Origin: Podarcis erhardii
Taxonomy: Eukaryota
DNA length: 64,000 nucleotides
Assembly: GCA_964252035.1 (NCBI GenBank)
Contig: OZ176214.1
Strand: one strand, 5' to 3'
A program made the position numbers and the translations under genes. Position 1 is the first letter of the stretch; each line of letters begins with the position of its first letter. Under the pieces are notes generated by a model. The model had not been told where the DNA came from. It did not search any database and worked only from the letters and a program-made list of their open reading frames with translations. This document shows, piece after piece, positions 1 through 12,529 of this stretch.

Positions 1-1357
1 CCCAATCAATCATGACCGATTTAACTTGTTCATCCTTTGTATGCCACTCCAACAACAAACTGTACATTTTAGACATATTCTTATCATTAGTATCTAACAA
101 CTCTGTTTCCAATTTGGTTTTTTCTGTTGCAAAACCATTTCTCTTATCCATCTTATATAATTTGTTAATTTGATAATATTGCAACCAATTCACTTTATCT
201 TTAATTTGTTCAAACAGTTTTAATTTAAAACCTTCCTGATTCTCTAACAACAAATCTGAATACCTCAACCATTTGTTTTCCATATTTAACTTTTTTTGAG
301 CCTGTGCTTCCATTGGTGAAATCCATTTTGGTGTTTTTCTTACTAAGAGATCTTTGTATCTAGTCCATACATTTCTAATTACATGGTTCTTAAAACCCCC
401 GTGGGCCTTTACCTTGTCATACCATAGATATGCGTGCCATCCAAATTGATTATCCAGTCCCTCCAAGTCTAACACATCATCATTCTCTAATTGAATCCAA
501 TCCTTGATCCAGCAGAATGCAGCAGCTTCAAAGTCTATCTTCAAATCTGGCAGGGAAAAGCCCCCTCTTTCTTTTATATCTGTAAGTAATTGATACAGTG
601 GTGCCCCGCAAGACGAATGCCTCGCAATACGAAAAACCCGCTAGACGAAAGGGTTTTCCGTTTTTCGATGCGCTTCGCAAGACGAATTTCCCTATGGGCT
701 TGCTTCGCAAGACGAAAACGTCTTGCGAGTCTTGCGATTTTTTTCGCTCCCCCCCTTTTTCTAAGCCGCTAATCCGCTTAGCCGCTAATCCGCTAATAGC
801 CGCTAAAACGCTAATAGCGCTAATCCGCTAATAGGGTTGCTTCGCAAGACGAAAAAACCGCAAGACGAAGAGACTCGCAGAACAGATTCTTTTCGTCTTG
901 CGAGGTACCACTGTATTTAATTCTAGGTTTTTCCCCCTGCTAGATAAATTTAGACAATACCTTCTGCCATTCTTTAAAACATTTGACATTATCAATGATT
1001 GGTAAAACTTGAAATAAGAACAACATCTTCGACAATACATTCATCTTAACCACCGATATTCGGCCCATCAATGAGAGTTTTAGATTTGACCATACCTCAA
1101 GATCTCTCTTGATTTCATTCCATAATTTTTCATAGTTATCTTTGTAAAGATTCAAGTTCTTTACCGATAAATTCACACCCAAATACTTAACTTTTTTCAC
1201 CGAAACAAGGCCTGTCCTTTCAAAAAGGTTTTTTCTTTCCTCATTATCTAAGTTTTTTTCTAAACCTTTGGTTTTGCTCTTGTTTAATTTAAATCCTGCT
1301 ACCTGCCCAAACTCTTGAATCAGCTCCAGTGCTTTCACTGCACTGGTTTCTGGATCT
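1..1357 (-). mobile_element. L1-clade LINE, 3' part of ORF2 (post-RT region), interrupted by a MITE at 596-913; continues past the window start
   Basis: Minus-strand translation DPETSAVKALELIQEFGQVAGFKLNKSKTK...KVKYLGVNL...LSLMGRISVVKMNVL. Removing the MITE plus one TA restores KPRIKYQLLTDIKERGGFSLPDLK...FGWHAYLWY. One in-frame stop (TAG for W) near 940. Confidence 0.95.
596..913. mobile_element. Tigger/pogo-like non-autonomous DNA transposon (MITE, subfamily C, CGCAAGACGAA motif)
   Basis: TIRs CAGTGGTGCCCCGCAAGACGAA / TTCGTCTTGCGAGGTACCACTG; TA duplication at 594-595 and 914-915; the empty site restores the L1 reading frame. Confidence 0.92.
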
Positions 1358-2374
1358 GCAAATAAATGTGGGAAATTGTTGGCTTGGCAATTTAAAAAGA
1401 GACAGAAGCAAAGTACTATTACAAACATTGTATCTGATGGAAAATCTATGGAAAACCCTGCAGATATAAGAAAATGTTTTCAGAAATACTTTAAACAGCT
1501 TTATAAAAAAGGTAAAGAAGATAAGGATAAAATTGAGCAATTTCTTGGGGCGAATGAAATGCAGAAAATTCCCAAGGATAAAAGGTTCCTACTAAATGGC
1601 ATGATTACGAGACAGGAGGTTGAGATGGCAATAAATAAGATGCACTTAGGCAAAGCCCCGGGACCGGATGGTCTTTCTGCAAAATATTATAAAATATTGA
1701 AAGATTGGCTAATTCAACCGTTGGCAGATGTGTGTAATAAGATTCTAAGAGGGGACAAAGCTCCCAAAACCTGGAAAGATGCATTTATCACTCTGATTCC
1801 AAAAACAGATCAAGATAGATCTGATGTTAAAAATTATAGACCAATCTCATTACTTAATGTGGACTATAAAATCTTCGCAAACATTTTGGCCAATAGATTA
1901 AAAAAGGTTCTATCAAATTATATACATAAGGACCAGGCCGGATTTCTGCCTGGGAGACATATGAAAGATATCATAAGAAATATAATTGATATAATAGAAA
2001 GGTTGGAAGCGAAAAGAAATTGTAAAGCAATGTTAATGTTTATTGATGCTGAAAAGGCCTTTGATAATGTTTCTTGGTTATTTATGATGAAAAATCTAGA
2101 AAGAATTGAGGTTGGCCAGGAATTTTTAAATGGTATTAATGCGATCTATTTTGAACAAAAAGCAAAAATCATAGTTAATAATGTGGTCTCAGAGGAAATC
2201 AGAATTGAGAAAGAAACCAGGCAAGGGTGCCTGCTTTCCCCTCTGCTATTTATTTCTGTTCTGGAGGCTTTGTTAAACATGTTGAGGAAAGAGGAGGAGG
2301 TTAAAGGCATTGTAGTAGGATCCAAGCAATATAAATTAAAAGCCTTTGCTGATGATTTGGTTTTAACTTTACAA
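1358..2374 (+). mobile_element. L1 ORF2 reverse-transcriptase segment, inverted relative to the adjacent 3' part
   Basis: 339 open codons from ANKCGKLLAWQ through KAPGPDG, NYRPISLLNVDYK, DQAGF, IDAEKAFD, RQGCLLSPLLF to AFADDLVLTLQ. L1 similarity stops at 2374. Confidence 0.96.
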
Positions 2375-2512
2375 AATAAGGCATCTCAGGTGTCAAAGGT
2401 TGTGTCATCATCACATTAGTAAACACTACTAATGAGTACAGTGGCTCCATGGAGAAATGGAGCTCTCCTAGAAAGAAAGGCTTCTCTGTTCATTTCACAT
2501 GGAAGCAAATCC

Positions 2513-2590
2513 CATAGAATCAGAGAACTGTGGAACGGGAAATGACCACAGGGGTCATCAATTCCAACCCCCTGTAGAGCAGAAATCTTT
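2513..2590 (-). mobile_element. CR1 LINE 3'-end remnant
   Basis: CATAGAAT...GGGTCATC...TCCAACCCC resembles an antisense CR1 3' terminus; short and degenerate. Confidence 0.5.
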
Positions 2591-2835
2591 TGGCTAACAT
2601 GGTGCTTAAGAGACTCATGCTCTATTGACCGAACCATTCCTTCTTCAGGAGAGAATGTTGTTTGTAACACTGAGCTTCTTGGAGGAAAGGTATAGGATAA
2701 AACTGTAATAACAAATAAACAACCAATGTACTCTCCGCATTATGTATTCATATTCCTTTTCAAGCATTGTAAACTTTTTTTTTTAAGTTACTAGTGCTAG
2801 TAGCTTTAATAAAATCTGTAAGCAAAAATCTAAAA

Positions 2836-3296
2836 GTATGTATGAATAAACTTTATTACAGTCACAGACCAGCATAAGAGAAACATATGGATAAAATAGC
2901 AGTTAGGAGTTAAACAGGTAATTGTTAAAGCAAATAAGAACACAAAAAAACAAACATAGGATAAAACATGTGAATAGAATACGAGATTAAACAAAGATAA
3001 TTGATGAATAAAAACTGATAATTAAAACAGAAAAGGACTAAAAGACAAGCAATTAAAACAACTACAAGGGGTGGAGCTTAGGGGAATAACGGTCTTGCAA
3101 TATGGGCCTTCAATTTATGACTGGTTTGTAGCACAAACCATCCTTCTGCGGATATCCATCATGGCAGCGCAAAATCTAGCAACTGAGTATGTATTATCTG
3201 GGTTTTCATCCTGGAGTAGTAGGGAGATGTTGAGTTGTTCTGTACATCCTGGCAATTTGTGCAGGATAAGCAGGATAAACCTGGCTCGTATGAAAG
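2836..3296 (-). mobile_element. Non-LTR retrotransposon 3' end (RTE-X-like, tentative)
   Basis: Minus-strand peptide IRARFILLILHKLPGCTEQLNISLLLQDENPDNTYSVARFCAAMMDIRRRM*, then an AT-rich 3' UTR with AATAAA and a CATT/CATA-type tail. Homologous in pattern to the peptides at 12593-12890 and 15096-15422. Confidence 0.6.
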
Positions 3297-3298
3297 TA

Positions 3299-3540
3299 CA
3301 GTGGTACCTTGGGTTAAGTACTTAATTTGTTCCGGAGGTCCGTTCTTAACCTGAAACTGTTCTTAATCTGAAGCACCACTTTAGCTAATGGGGCCTCCTG
3401 CTGCCACCATGCTGCCGGAGCACGATTTCTGTTCTCATCCTGAAGCAAAGTTCTTAACCTGAAGCACTATTTCTGGGTTAGCGGAGTCTGTAACCTGAAG
3501 CGAATGTAACCTGAAGCGTATGTAACCCGAGGTACCACTG
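3299..3540. mobile_element. Tigger/pogo-like MITE, subfamily A
   Basis: TIRs CAGTGGTACCTTGGGTTA / TAACCCGAGGTACCACTG; TA TSD; internal repeated TAACCTGAAG motif. Confidence 0.92.
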
Positions 3541-4253
3541 TATGTATGTGTGTTGGGGGGGGGGAGGAGAATTACTTCCCATTTTACAGTCACAAATGTT
3601 GATTTTCTGCACCCAGAAGCTATGCTCCCCTCCCCCTTTTTTTGCATGTTTTGTCCTGTGCAGCTAATTTGGCTTTTCATAACTTTGTGTCTATTCTGGA
3701 CTGCTGTGTAGCTGCATTTTATTTTATTTTCCCTTCTCTATCTATCTAGAGCCCTTCAGTGGGAAAATATTTTCCTTATCGCAGCACCTGTGATGATTAA
3801 TAGTGAACCAGGTGATGAATGTGAACAAAAGGGTGGCAATTACAATTTCATTAATCACTTAATAATTGGGGTCTGTGGCTCAGTTGTGACTTCAGGCTTC
3901 AGCATCCAAAGGAATTAAGGAGAAATTCCTATTCATCACAGGGTCACCGGCCCTGACAAAGGCCTGTTGCTAACAATAGATCTAATCATTTTCAAGATGC
4001 ACTACAATTAAGAGGCTGTGCGATAAAGAAGACATAGCACTGGTCCCACAAGACCCAAGCAGGGAGCCTCTCTCTTTACACCACTGATTTAACATTAAAT
4101 GTCATCCATTAAATCCCCCAGGTCTCTGGAGGTTTATGAATGTTTGAAGTTTATTAAACTCTGCACAACTTACTGCCTAAATTCAGGAGCAGTGCAGCCT
4201 GATCTCTTGTCAACAGGGACATTGGTCCTTGGTGTCACAAAGGGATCAGGTTA

Positions 4254-4480
4254 CAGTGGTACCTCGGGTTACATACGCTTCAGGTTACAGACTCCGCTAA
4301 CCCAGAAATAGTGCTTCAGGTTTAAGAACTTTGCTTCAGGATAAGAACAGAAATCGGGCTCCAGCGGCGTGGCAGCAGCAGGAGGCCCCATTAGCTAAAG
4401 AGATGCTTCAGGTTAAGAACAATTTCAGGTTAAGAACACACCTCCGGAACAAATTAAGTACTTAACCTGAGGTACCACTG
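4254..4480. mobile_element. Tigger/pogo-like MITE, subfamily A (opposite orientation to 3299-3540)
   Basis: CAGTGGTACCTCGGGTTA...TAACCTGAGGTACCACTG with TA flanks; five internal YTTCAGGWTW copies. Confidence 0.92.
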
Positions 4481-4540
4481 TATTTTTAAAAATCCCCTTC
4501 TATTTTAACATAAGAATCAAAATTTCTGTTTCACAAGTTG

Positions 4541-5372
4541 GTCCTTTACCTTTCCCGCCCTGATCTGGCCACAGTGATCCATGCAACGGTCACCTCCAGG
4601 CTTGACTATTGTAAATCGCTCAACGTGGGGCTGCCTTTGAAGTTGTCCCAGAAACTCCAGCGGGTGCAGAATGTTGCGGCGAGACTACTTACGGGGTCCT
4701 TGCCATGGGATCACATTCACCCAGTGTTTTACCAGCTGCACTGGCTCCCGGTGGAGTACAGGGTCATGTTTAAGGTGCTGGTTTTGACCTTTAAAGCCCT
4801 TTGCAGCCTAGGACCCTCGTACCTATGGAACCGCCTCTCCCGGTATGCCCCACAGAGGACTTTAAGGTCCATAAATAGCAATAATCCTGAGGTCCCGGGC
4901 CTTAAGGAAGTCAGATTAGCCTCAACCAGGGCAGGGCCTTTTCAACTCTGGCTCTTGCCTGGTGGAACGCTCTGTCTCATGAGACCAGGGCCCTGCGGGA
5001 TCTGATTTCTTTCCACAGGGCCTGTAAGACAGAGTTGTTCCGCCTGGCCTTTGGCTTGGAATCAGCCTGATCCCCTCCCCCTCTTTCCTTTCTCCTCCTG
5101 TGATGGAATCCCTATTTGGGGACCTCCCTGGCTTTTTTTCTGGCCCACATAGGACCAGTCTGGATAGTTGGCCTTGGTGAAGATTTGATGTTTTTCCCCC
5201 CCAAACAGTTTTTGATCTGGGCTTCCACTGAAATGAGGCTGCATTTTAAATTATACTTTAATCCTGTTTTTAAGTTGTATTTTAATCAATTGTTTTTATA
5301 CTTGCTGTTAGCTGCCCTGAGCCCGGCCTTGGCTGGGGAGGGTGGGGTATAAATAAAATTAAATAAATAAAT
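4541..5372 (+). mobile_element. L2-clade LINE 3' fragment
   Basis: Peptide YLSRPDLATVIHATVTSRLDYC...LQRVQNVAARLLTG...LHWLPVEYRVMFKVLVLTFKAL; 3' end GGGGTATAAATAAAATT(AAAT)n; possible AAGTTG TSD. Confidence 0.92.
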
Positions 5373-7531
5373 AAGTTGCATAGAATCCCCCATCACTGCT
5401 TTGCTGTTCCTTGGTTTGAACTACACCAGGAGTGGGAATTTTTTTCTTCCCTTCTCCCTGTTGATGGTCACATTTTATTTGTTAATCTGTAGTTAGGCCT
5501 TATCTACATTTGCCTTTCCTCCACACTTTCCAGGCACAGTCCATCCTTTTTGCTTGCTCCAGAACTTGGCTGCAAAAACCCACTCTTCACTGCTGAATCA
5601 GTGTCAATCGCAATCTGCAGAAAACCCGAATTGTCATTTGTTCCAATTCAGCTTTAAAGAGTGGGCTTTTAAGAGGGAAGCTTGGGGTGAAAAAAGGTCA
5701 CTTGGAGTCTGGAAAGAGCTGGGCAAAAAGGTAAGTTTGGATAAGTCCTGATATTGCATGGGATGAAAGCTGGTGCTGGACAGGCACAAAGCTAATATTG
5801 GAATGGCCATCTCTCTCTGTCCCTCTCTCCAGCAAGGTGCCCAGGAATTAGGGCTGGGTAATAGCTGGTTTTCAACATTGTGATGTATCACCAGTTAAAC
5901 ATTGCTACACCCAAGCACCTACCCACCATTATTTGCAATACATTTCCAGGTCAAAAATTATGAAACCAATATCACTATATGGATTTCAAACCAGTTTTGG
6001 ATGATATATTGATATATATTGCTCAGTCCTACTAGGAACAAATCACTCTTGCCAGATCTAAACTAGCCACTTGCAGGAATAGGTGATACTATGCCAATGC
6101 CTAATGAAATTAAGTCCAAATGTTGTCCTTCCTTGAACTGCACATCAGGAAAGAGAGGGGGGGTTAGGCTTTGTTCCATTTATTTGTTATTTCATAAAAT
6201 TTATACACTGCTGGTTTGTAAACAACAAAAACAAAAACCCAACAACCTCAAAACAGATTACAAAAAGCTTGCCACAAATAAAGAGCTCAAGAACAGAGGT
6301 ATATGCCTTGCTTAAAAAGAAGTCAGAACATTATAGGAGAGACATAAATGAACAGAACACACGCTTTCCGTACTGAAGATCTCGGCTTTGGTCCCCATAA
6401 TCTTCAGTTGAATTTCCCCAGCTAAAGGGAAAGATCCTGATATCCTGAAGATCCATTGCCTATCAGATTGGACAGTTCTGAGGTAGGTGGACCAATGATG
6501 TGACTCAGTGTAAGGCAACATCTTATGGTCATTGCTCACTGCTCAGTTATAAGCTAACATTTGACCCTACTCTTGTTCCACATTACTTATTTTCATGCTA
6601 ATAGCTGGTGTAAAGTAGGCTCCCCCAACCATCATGACTGTGATCAGGAATGATGAGAGTTGCAGTCCAAAAATATTTAGAGGGCACCAGGTTGGGAAAG
6701 GCTGCTGTAAAGTGTGTCAGATGAACTTGTGCTCTCTCACATGCTGGATGGAGGGAATGTTCTCAACAGCACCACTAGTAATTAAATAGATCAGTCATAT
6801 ACGGCTTTTGGAAAATAAGGTGAAGCATGAAAGATGGAACATAAAGGGTCATTTAGCTGTGCTGGTGAAATAGCTGTGAAAACAAACAAGACACCTGTTC
6901 TCTTCCGCATACAATAGGAGCTATTTGCAGAACATATGTTTTCCTATTATTCATATTAACCTTGTGCTCAGGCATTTAGTATCACTGAAGAAATAGCATT
7001 GTAGCCACTTAATGATCACTGTTGGAGCCAGTTTGAATTTAATCTGAGCATATTTGCAAGAATATTCTTCTTAACTCCACCCCCCACCCCCACCTCCTAA
7101 GAATATTTCAGCCATTTTCTACAACTGTACCTAAGTAGAAAATGTATTGTAATAAGATTAAAGATGCCTCTGTCTCCACATCTTCCATGTCTTGACCATG
7201 ATAAGGTACAACTTCCAGTTTCTTAGTGTACCTTACAGTACTTTCCTTCCTAACTTGCTCTTTGACACAGTTTTGGTGACTGCCCTTCTCACTTGATAAA
7301 ACCAACATTGCTTGGGTTGCTGATTGTGTGTGATGCAATCCTCAGATTTGCATTGTTCATTTCGCTCAAAAGGAGGAGAGATTGAGTAGACTAGGCATCC
7401 ATGTGCAGCATCCATCTTAATGTCACATGTAATGCTGCTGGTTGGAATTGGGATGGACAAACCACCTCTTCCATATGGAAAACTACCCTGCCATTGTGTT
7501 TGAAGTGGGGCTATGTTTTCCCCACTAACTT

Positions 7532-7660
7532 TAGCCTTCTCCAACCTGGTGCCCTCCATATGTTTTGGACCACAGCTCTCATTATCATTGGTCAAGCTGG
7601 ATTGGGTTGGTGGGAGATGTTGTCCAAAATGTCTGAAAGACAACAGATTGGGGAAGGCTG
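7532..7660. mobile_element. Palindromic hAT-Charlie-like MITE; representative of many degenerate copies (e.g. ~6617-6705, ~10950-11065, ~27030-27130, ~40720-40830, ~50290-50500, ~52335-52440)
   Basis: Imperfect inverted ends TAGCCTTCTCCAACCTGGTGCCCTCC / GATTGGGGAAGGCTG; the same motif recurs across the window. Confidence 0.65.
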
Positions 7661-9756
7661 ATTTTTTTATTTTATTTTTTTACTAAGTAACTAATATCTA
7701 TATAAATCCAACCATTAACATTGTTCTCTGGTCAGCTCACAAATCTGGTTGCTTTAATTTATTTCATTTTGCTCAACATGTGTTCCAGTGTTGTATACAT
7801 GTTGTCTTTTCTCCCCCATAAATTATAATATATATTCCATTTTTAAGTGTTTCTTTCTTGATGTTCCATAAAACGTTGCTGTTGTGACTTTCTCACCCTG
7901 AACCCTGAGTTTATTTTTCATTATCTCAGGGTGCCATCCCAAGAATGGCTTGGCTTCAAACTGGCTGGGTGGAAATACAGAGATCTAGAGGAAAGTAATT
8001 CCTGTGTCAAGACTTTGGCACATCAATGGCTGTAAATTTGATTTTATTGCTAACCCTGTGCCAGACAAGTACTTGCTGGTCTGTGCAATTTCTTGCTGGT
8101 AGTTTCTCAGCTGTTGTTTAAACAATTAGGTGCATAATTTCTGTGGGTTGGGGGGGTGGGGACCTGGCAGCTTTTTCTTTTTTCCTCCTTTCTCGTTGGT
8201 GGTTTAACTATGTGTGTGCCTAGCCTACAATCTGGTGAATGCTCTTACAAATGAAGTGCCTTTAATTTGTCATATATGAATGATATTGAATGTGAATAAC
8301 AAGGAATGTTAACAACAAGGGGTTGTGTGGCCATCAATGTATATAAAATAGCAATGAAATAGATTTTTATTTTTTACAAATAGGAAGCATGATCATTCTG
8401 TGCAACTTTGAAATATGTTGCCTTTTAAACTCAAAGGATCAGATGTTTTTATTTACATTATTTACATTATTTACATGTTTTATTGTTTTAATGATTTCTT
8501 TTTCAATTGTTAATTGCTTTGGCTTGTTCCATTCATGCCAAAGCAATTCATAAAGGAAATGAAGGCATGAATGAGTTTTGGTACAGCAAGAATTTCAAGG
8601 AATTTCGGGGATTACACCAGGGGGAAAAAGAAAAACCCATGAAATGCTATGAGGAGAAAAAAATGTTTCAGTAAGACTAATGAAATGATGAGGATAGATG
8701 GTCTGTGTATCCTTACATGGCACCCCAAGTTTCATTGACAGCAACACTCCCAAGGAAATCTAAGGGGATTTCATTACGATTAGCAAAAAGTCTCAGGAAA
8801 ATACCCCATGTTGCTAATGATGGAAGTGCTTGCTGACAATTTTGTTGTGCAATAGATTGTGCAATCTGTTGAAATACAAGTTTCCTCTAGTGCAACTGTT
8901 GCGCTGGATACCTCTGTTGCGCAACATTAAAATTCACCCACCCACTAGCACAAGAGCCTTTGTGCTAGCATTCAGAAAACATTGGGGGAAACCCCTATAT
9001 AGATTTGGATACTGGACCCTGTAATCCTATGGTCCTGGTTGGAGAGGGCACCCCAAAGGCCATAGGAAACATCAAATTGCCTTCTCTGAGGGCAGAATTG
9101 GTGGCCCAAATTTAGGGATGGTGAACCAATTGTTGATGCCTTTCTCGCACCACAAAGAAACTTCTGTGACCTTCATTTTACTGACATTGTACAATTACTT
9201 CATTAAGGGCAAAAGGGGAATGTGATTATGAAAGTGGTGTGCAGGTGTTGGGAAGGCTGGGATTAGGAGCCTACAACTGGAGATGACATTGATTGGTAGT
9301 TTATATTACATTAAATATTTGCATCAGACAATAACCATTGTGATTCGTATAAATTAAGAAAATAAAATTTAGGAAAAATGGGGAAAGACAGAAAAAAGCA
9401 AGAATACCCATCTTCTCCACCCTATTGCTGAGCACCCAGCAAGGGACTAGATGTGGTGATTCATCTACCTTCAGTTCACCCACCACTACCTGGCTTTAGG
9501 ATTTAGTCCTTAAAGTGCTTCTTTTTTATGTCATGGTTAATTACTGTGCATTAACCAGGTGGAAGTGAAATGAATTCTCTTTCTGTACATCCAGTTTGCC
9601 TTGCAAGCTGAAAGTATCATGGTTTCCCCCCAAGGAATCCCGAGAAGTGAATCAATCTGAAGTAACTAGAGCATCCTCAACCTTCTTCATAGAAGCATAA
9701 TTCCTAGGGTTTGATGGTGAAGCCATTCCAGTACAATGGATTTAAAATTATCCAGT

Positions 9757-9758
9757 TT

Positions 9759-9811
<53 letters not shown>
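9757..9811. repeat. (TTTC)n microsatellite
   Basis: Direct reading. Confidence 0.98.
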
Positions 9812-11211
9812 TCTCTGACTCAGCTTGCAATTAAAATAATAATAATCACATTCAGGTTATGTTATGAGGTGCTTTGATTGTTCAGGTATAATTCCCTGCC
9901 CCATCCTTGGCCACCAGCTACTAGGCAGCACAGCCACCTGCGGTCCTCTGAGGCAAGGCAGGGAGGCTGAACATGTGGTTCTGCCTCAGACTTTCCTTGT
10001 TGGCAGTTGTAGTGCTCCATCAGGTGAACTTGAGTCTTATTGGTTCCTTCAGGCTTCCATTTTCTTATCGGATGATTTATGAAGCCACCATATGGAACAC
10101 AGAAATATGCCTTATACCTGTGGGTCACCTAGCTTAGTATTGTCTACACTATTATCAGTGGCTCTCTAGGGTTTGAAAGAGGGGTGTTTCCTAGCTCTAC
10201 CTGGAGATGCCTTTTGCAGGCTTGTGTTCTGCAAACTTAATGGCATTATTTCCCAGCAAACAGATTTCTTGCCATTGTGTACTTCTGGCTTTTTTGAAGG
10301 GTGTATAAGTGAAATGATTTCTCACACATTTTGTATTCCTTAGATGAAGGTGGAACGAAGGCTTTCCTTTTGTATATTGGAGCCTGCAAGTTGGATTGAA
10401 TTTTCACACTGAGTTGTACTTTCTTTGTAGCCTTTGAGGCATCATAAAATTGCAGCCTCCCCCCCCCCCCGGGCTACTGGCCAAATGAGAAAACATAGTT
10501 TTACAGATTTTATACATACAGTATAATGAGTTTAGAAAGCAGGACTTTTGCTTTATGTTTTGTGCCAGAAAGAAAAGACTCCCCCATTTTCTGCCAAATT
10601 CAGACCGAAGGAGCAATAAAAGTAGAAGAAATTGCTACGTTGTCATTCAGGCTGAGTATTTATCTTCCTTTGTGACAATCGGAAACAACATAGACTAACA
10701 GGCACATAAACTAGGATGGTACAAGGGTGTATGGTTCAGAGGGTTCGTGTGTGTATTGGACACACTCACTGTATATTGTTCCCTGCTTGGCTTGCAAACA
10801 ATAGCCACCGTTTCTTTTCATGCACACCAAAAAATATTTTTGTTATAAAATACAAAACGTGTAACTGACATAATCAGTGCAACCTACAGTTTACTTACCT
10901 GATTAAACCTATGTCATCAACTGGCATCAGCCAACACATCCCTTTTACTACAGCCTTCCCCATGTTGCTGGAATATTCTCTTAACACCCTGGACATTAGC
11001 CATGGTTGTTGGAGCTGATCGGAATTGCAGTCCAAAACATCTGGAGGGCAGCACATTGAAGAAGACTGGTTTTCAGTATCAGTTACATATATAGATAGAT
11101 TCTTCTTGTTTCCATTTACCTGAATATAAGAAATTGACCTATATGTCTGATTATGATTTTTATTTGCAACTTCATTGCTCATCCCTATGCTTCAAATAAA
11201 GTATACATATA

Positions 11212-11452
11212 CAGTAGTACCTTGGTTCTTGAACTTAATCCATTCCAGGAATCTGTTCAACTCCTGAAACCATTTGAAAACCAAGGTGTGGCTTCCAATT
11301 GGCTGCAGGAGCTTCCTGCACTCAAGCAGAAGCCACATTGGATGTTCGGTTTCCAAAAAAGTTCGAAAACCGGAACACTTAATTCTGGGTTTGTAGTGTT
11401 CGGGAGCCAGTTTGTTCGGGAGCCAAGCTGTTCGAGTACCAAGGTACCCCTG
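11212..11452. mobile_element. Tigger/pogo-like MITE, subfamily B
   Basis: Ends CAGTAGTACCTTGGTTCTTGAAC / GTTCGAGTACCAAGGTACCCCTG; TA flanks; internal GTTCGRRWRCCA-type repeats. Confidence 0.85.
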
Positions 11453-12529
11453 TATGTTCCTTCCTTCCTTTACTATAATAACAAATGCATGCCAATCTTA
11501 GGTATCTCACAATTGAGCGATATTGTTCCTCCCAGTGGCTTGCTCATTTCCACTCTTTTCCAGTACTTGGCTAGTAACATATTTGCAGTCCTTAACTAAC
11601 AAATGAAAAGTTAGCTCAACCTTGCCTTTTCAGTCTAACTATTCAAGATGACTCAGTGTTAAAATCACAAGATCTAAGCTTCCTCATATTAGTTAAGGTT
11701 CATTTCCAAAAATGTATGATGTTGTTTCTATTTTCCTGCTGCTTTGGTCTGAATGTGCATCATGTCTGCAGTTTATACAAGCAGAGGCTCTCTTCCATTA
11801 AATTAATAATAAGAATAAAACACAAATTTACGAATTATGGTCAAGTCTTAAGTCTTTGCCCAGTTCTTACCAGTTTTGCAGAACTTGTATATACAAGATC
11901 AAGGGGAGGCAAGGCAGAATGAAGTGAAAAGTCTCAAGTATCCCTGAGCTGAAGAGTGTGTTTTTTCCTATTCTCCCATATTTTAAATATTTGGGGGTTG
12001 CATTCTAAAAGGGATTGATAACCACAATGTCAGGCACCATTTGTCAGACTATTCCTGAGCAGGTCCATATGAGCTTTACACTTGTTTTTTTAAAAAATAT
12101 ATATCAGAAAGTCAAACTTTGAAATATATATATATAACTTTCTGGTGAATTAAATATTAACTAAAAGCATTCATAAAATATGATTTAATGAGAGATTTAA
12201 AGCATATCTAATGAAATATAGATTTCCTGCCCACACAATTTTTATATATAAAAATACTCATGCACGCACATCTTTTCTCAGCTTCATGAATGTATAGTAC
12301 ACAGAGATGTTTAACTTATAAAAAGCTTTGGAAGCTGGTGAAAATTCAACTGTATTTCTTCTCATCCAGGTCTATATGTAAAATTGTTATGCAAACCTCA
12401 TTTTCTGCCAATGTCCCACAGTAGGCAACATCTTTAGCCCTCTTCATATGCTCTGAATTTAACTGTGTGGATGAACTATGGGGCCTCATAAGATGACCCT
12501 CCCCCCATCTCCACCACCACTCTTTTTGT

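Noticed and set aside
1376-2419. 347-aa RT ORF as a functional gene or retron-like system
   Set aside because: It is a truncated, inverted L1 fragment with no endonuclease or ORF1 and a broken C-terminus.
5652-5730. Possible 79-nt exon with an AAG|GTAAGT donor
   Set aside because: No recognisable peptide and no partner exon in a compatible phase.
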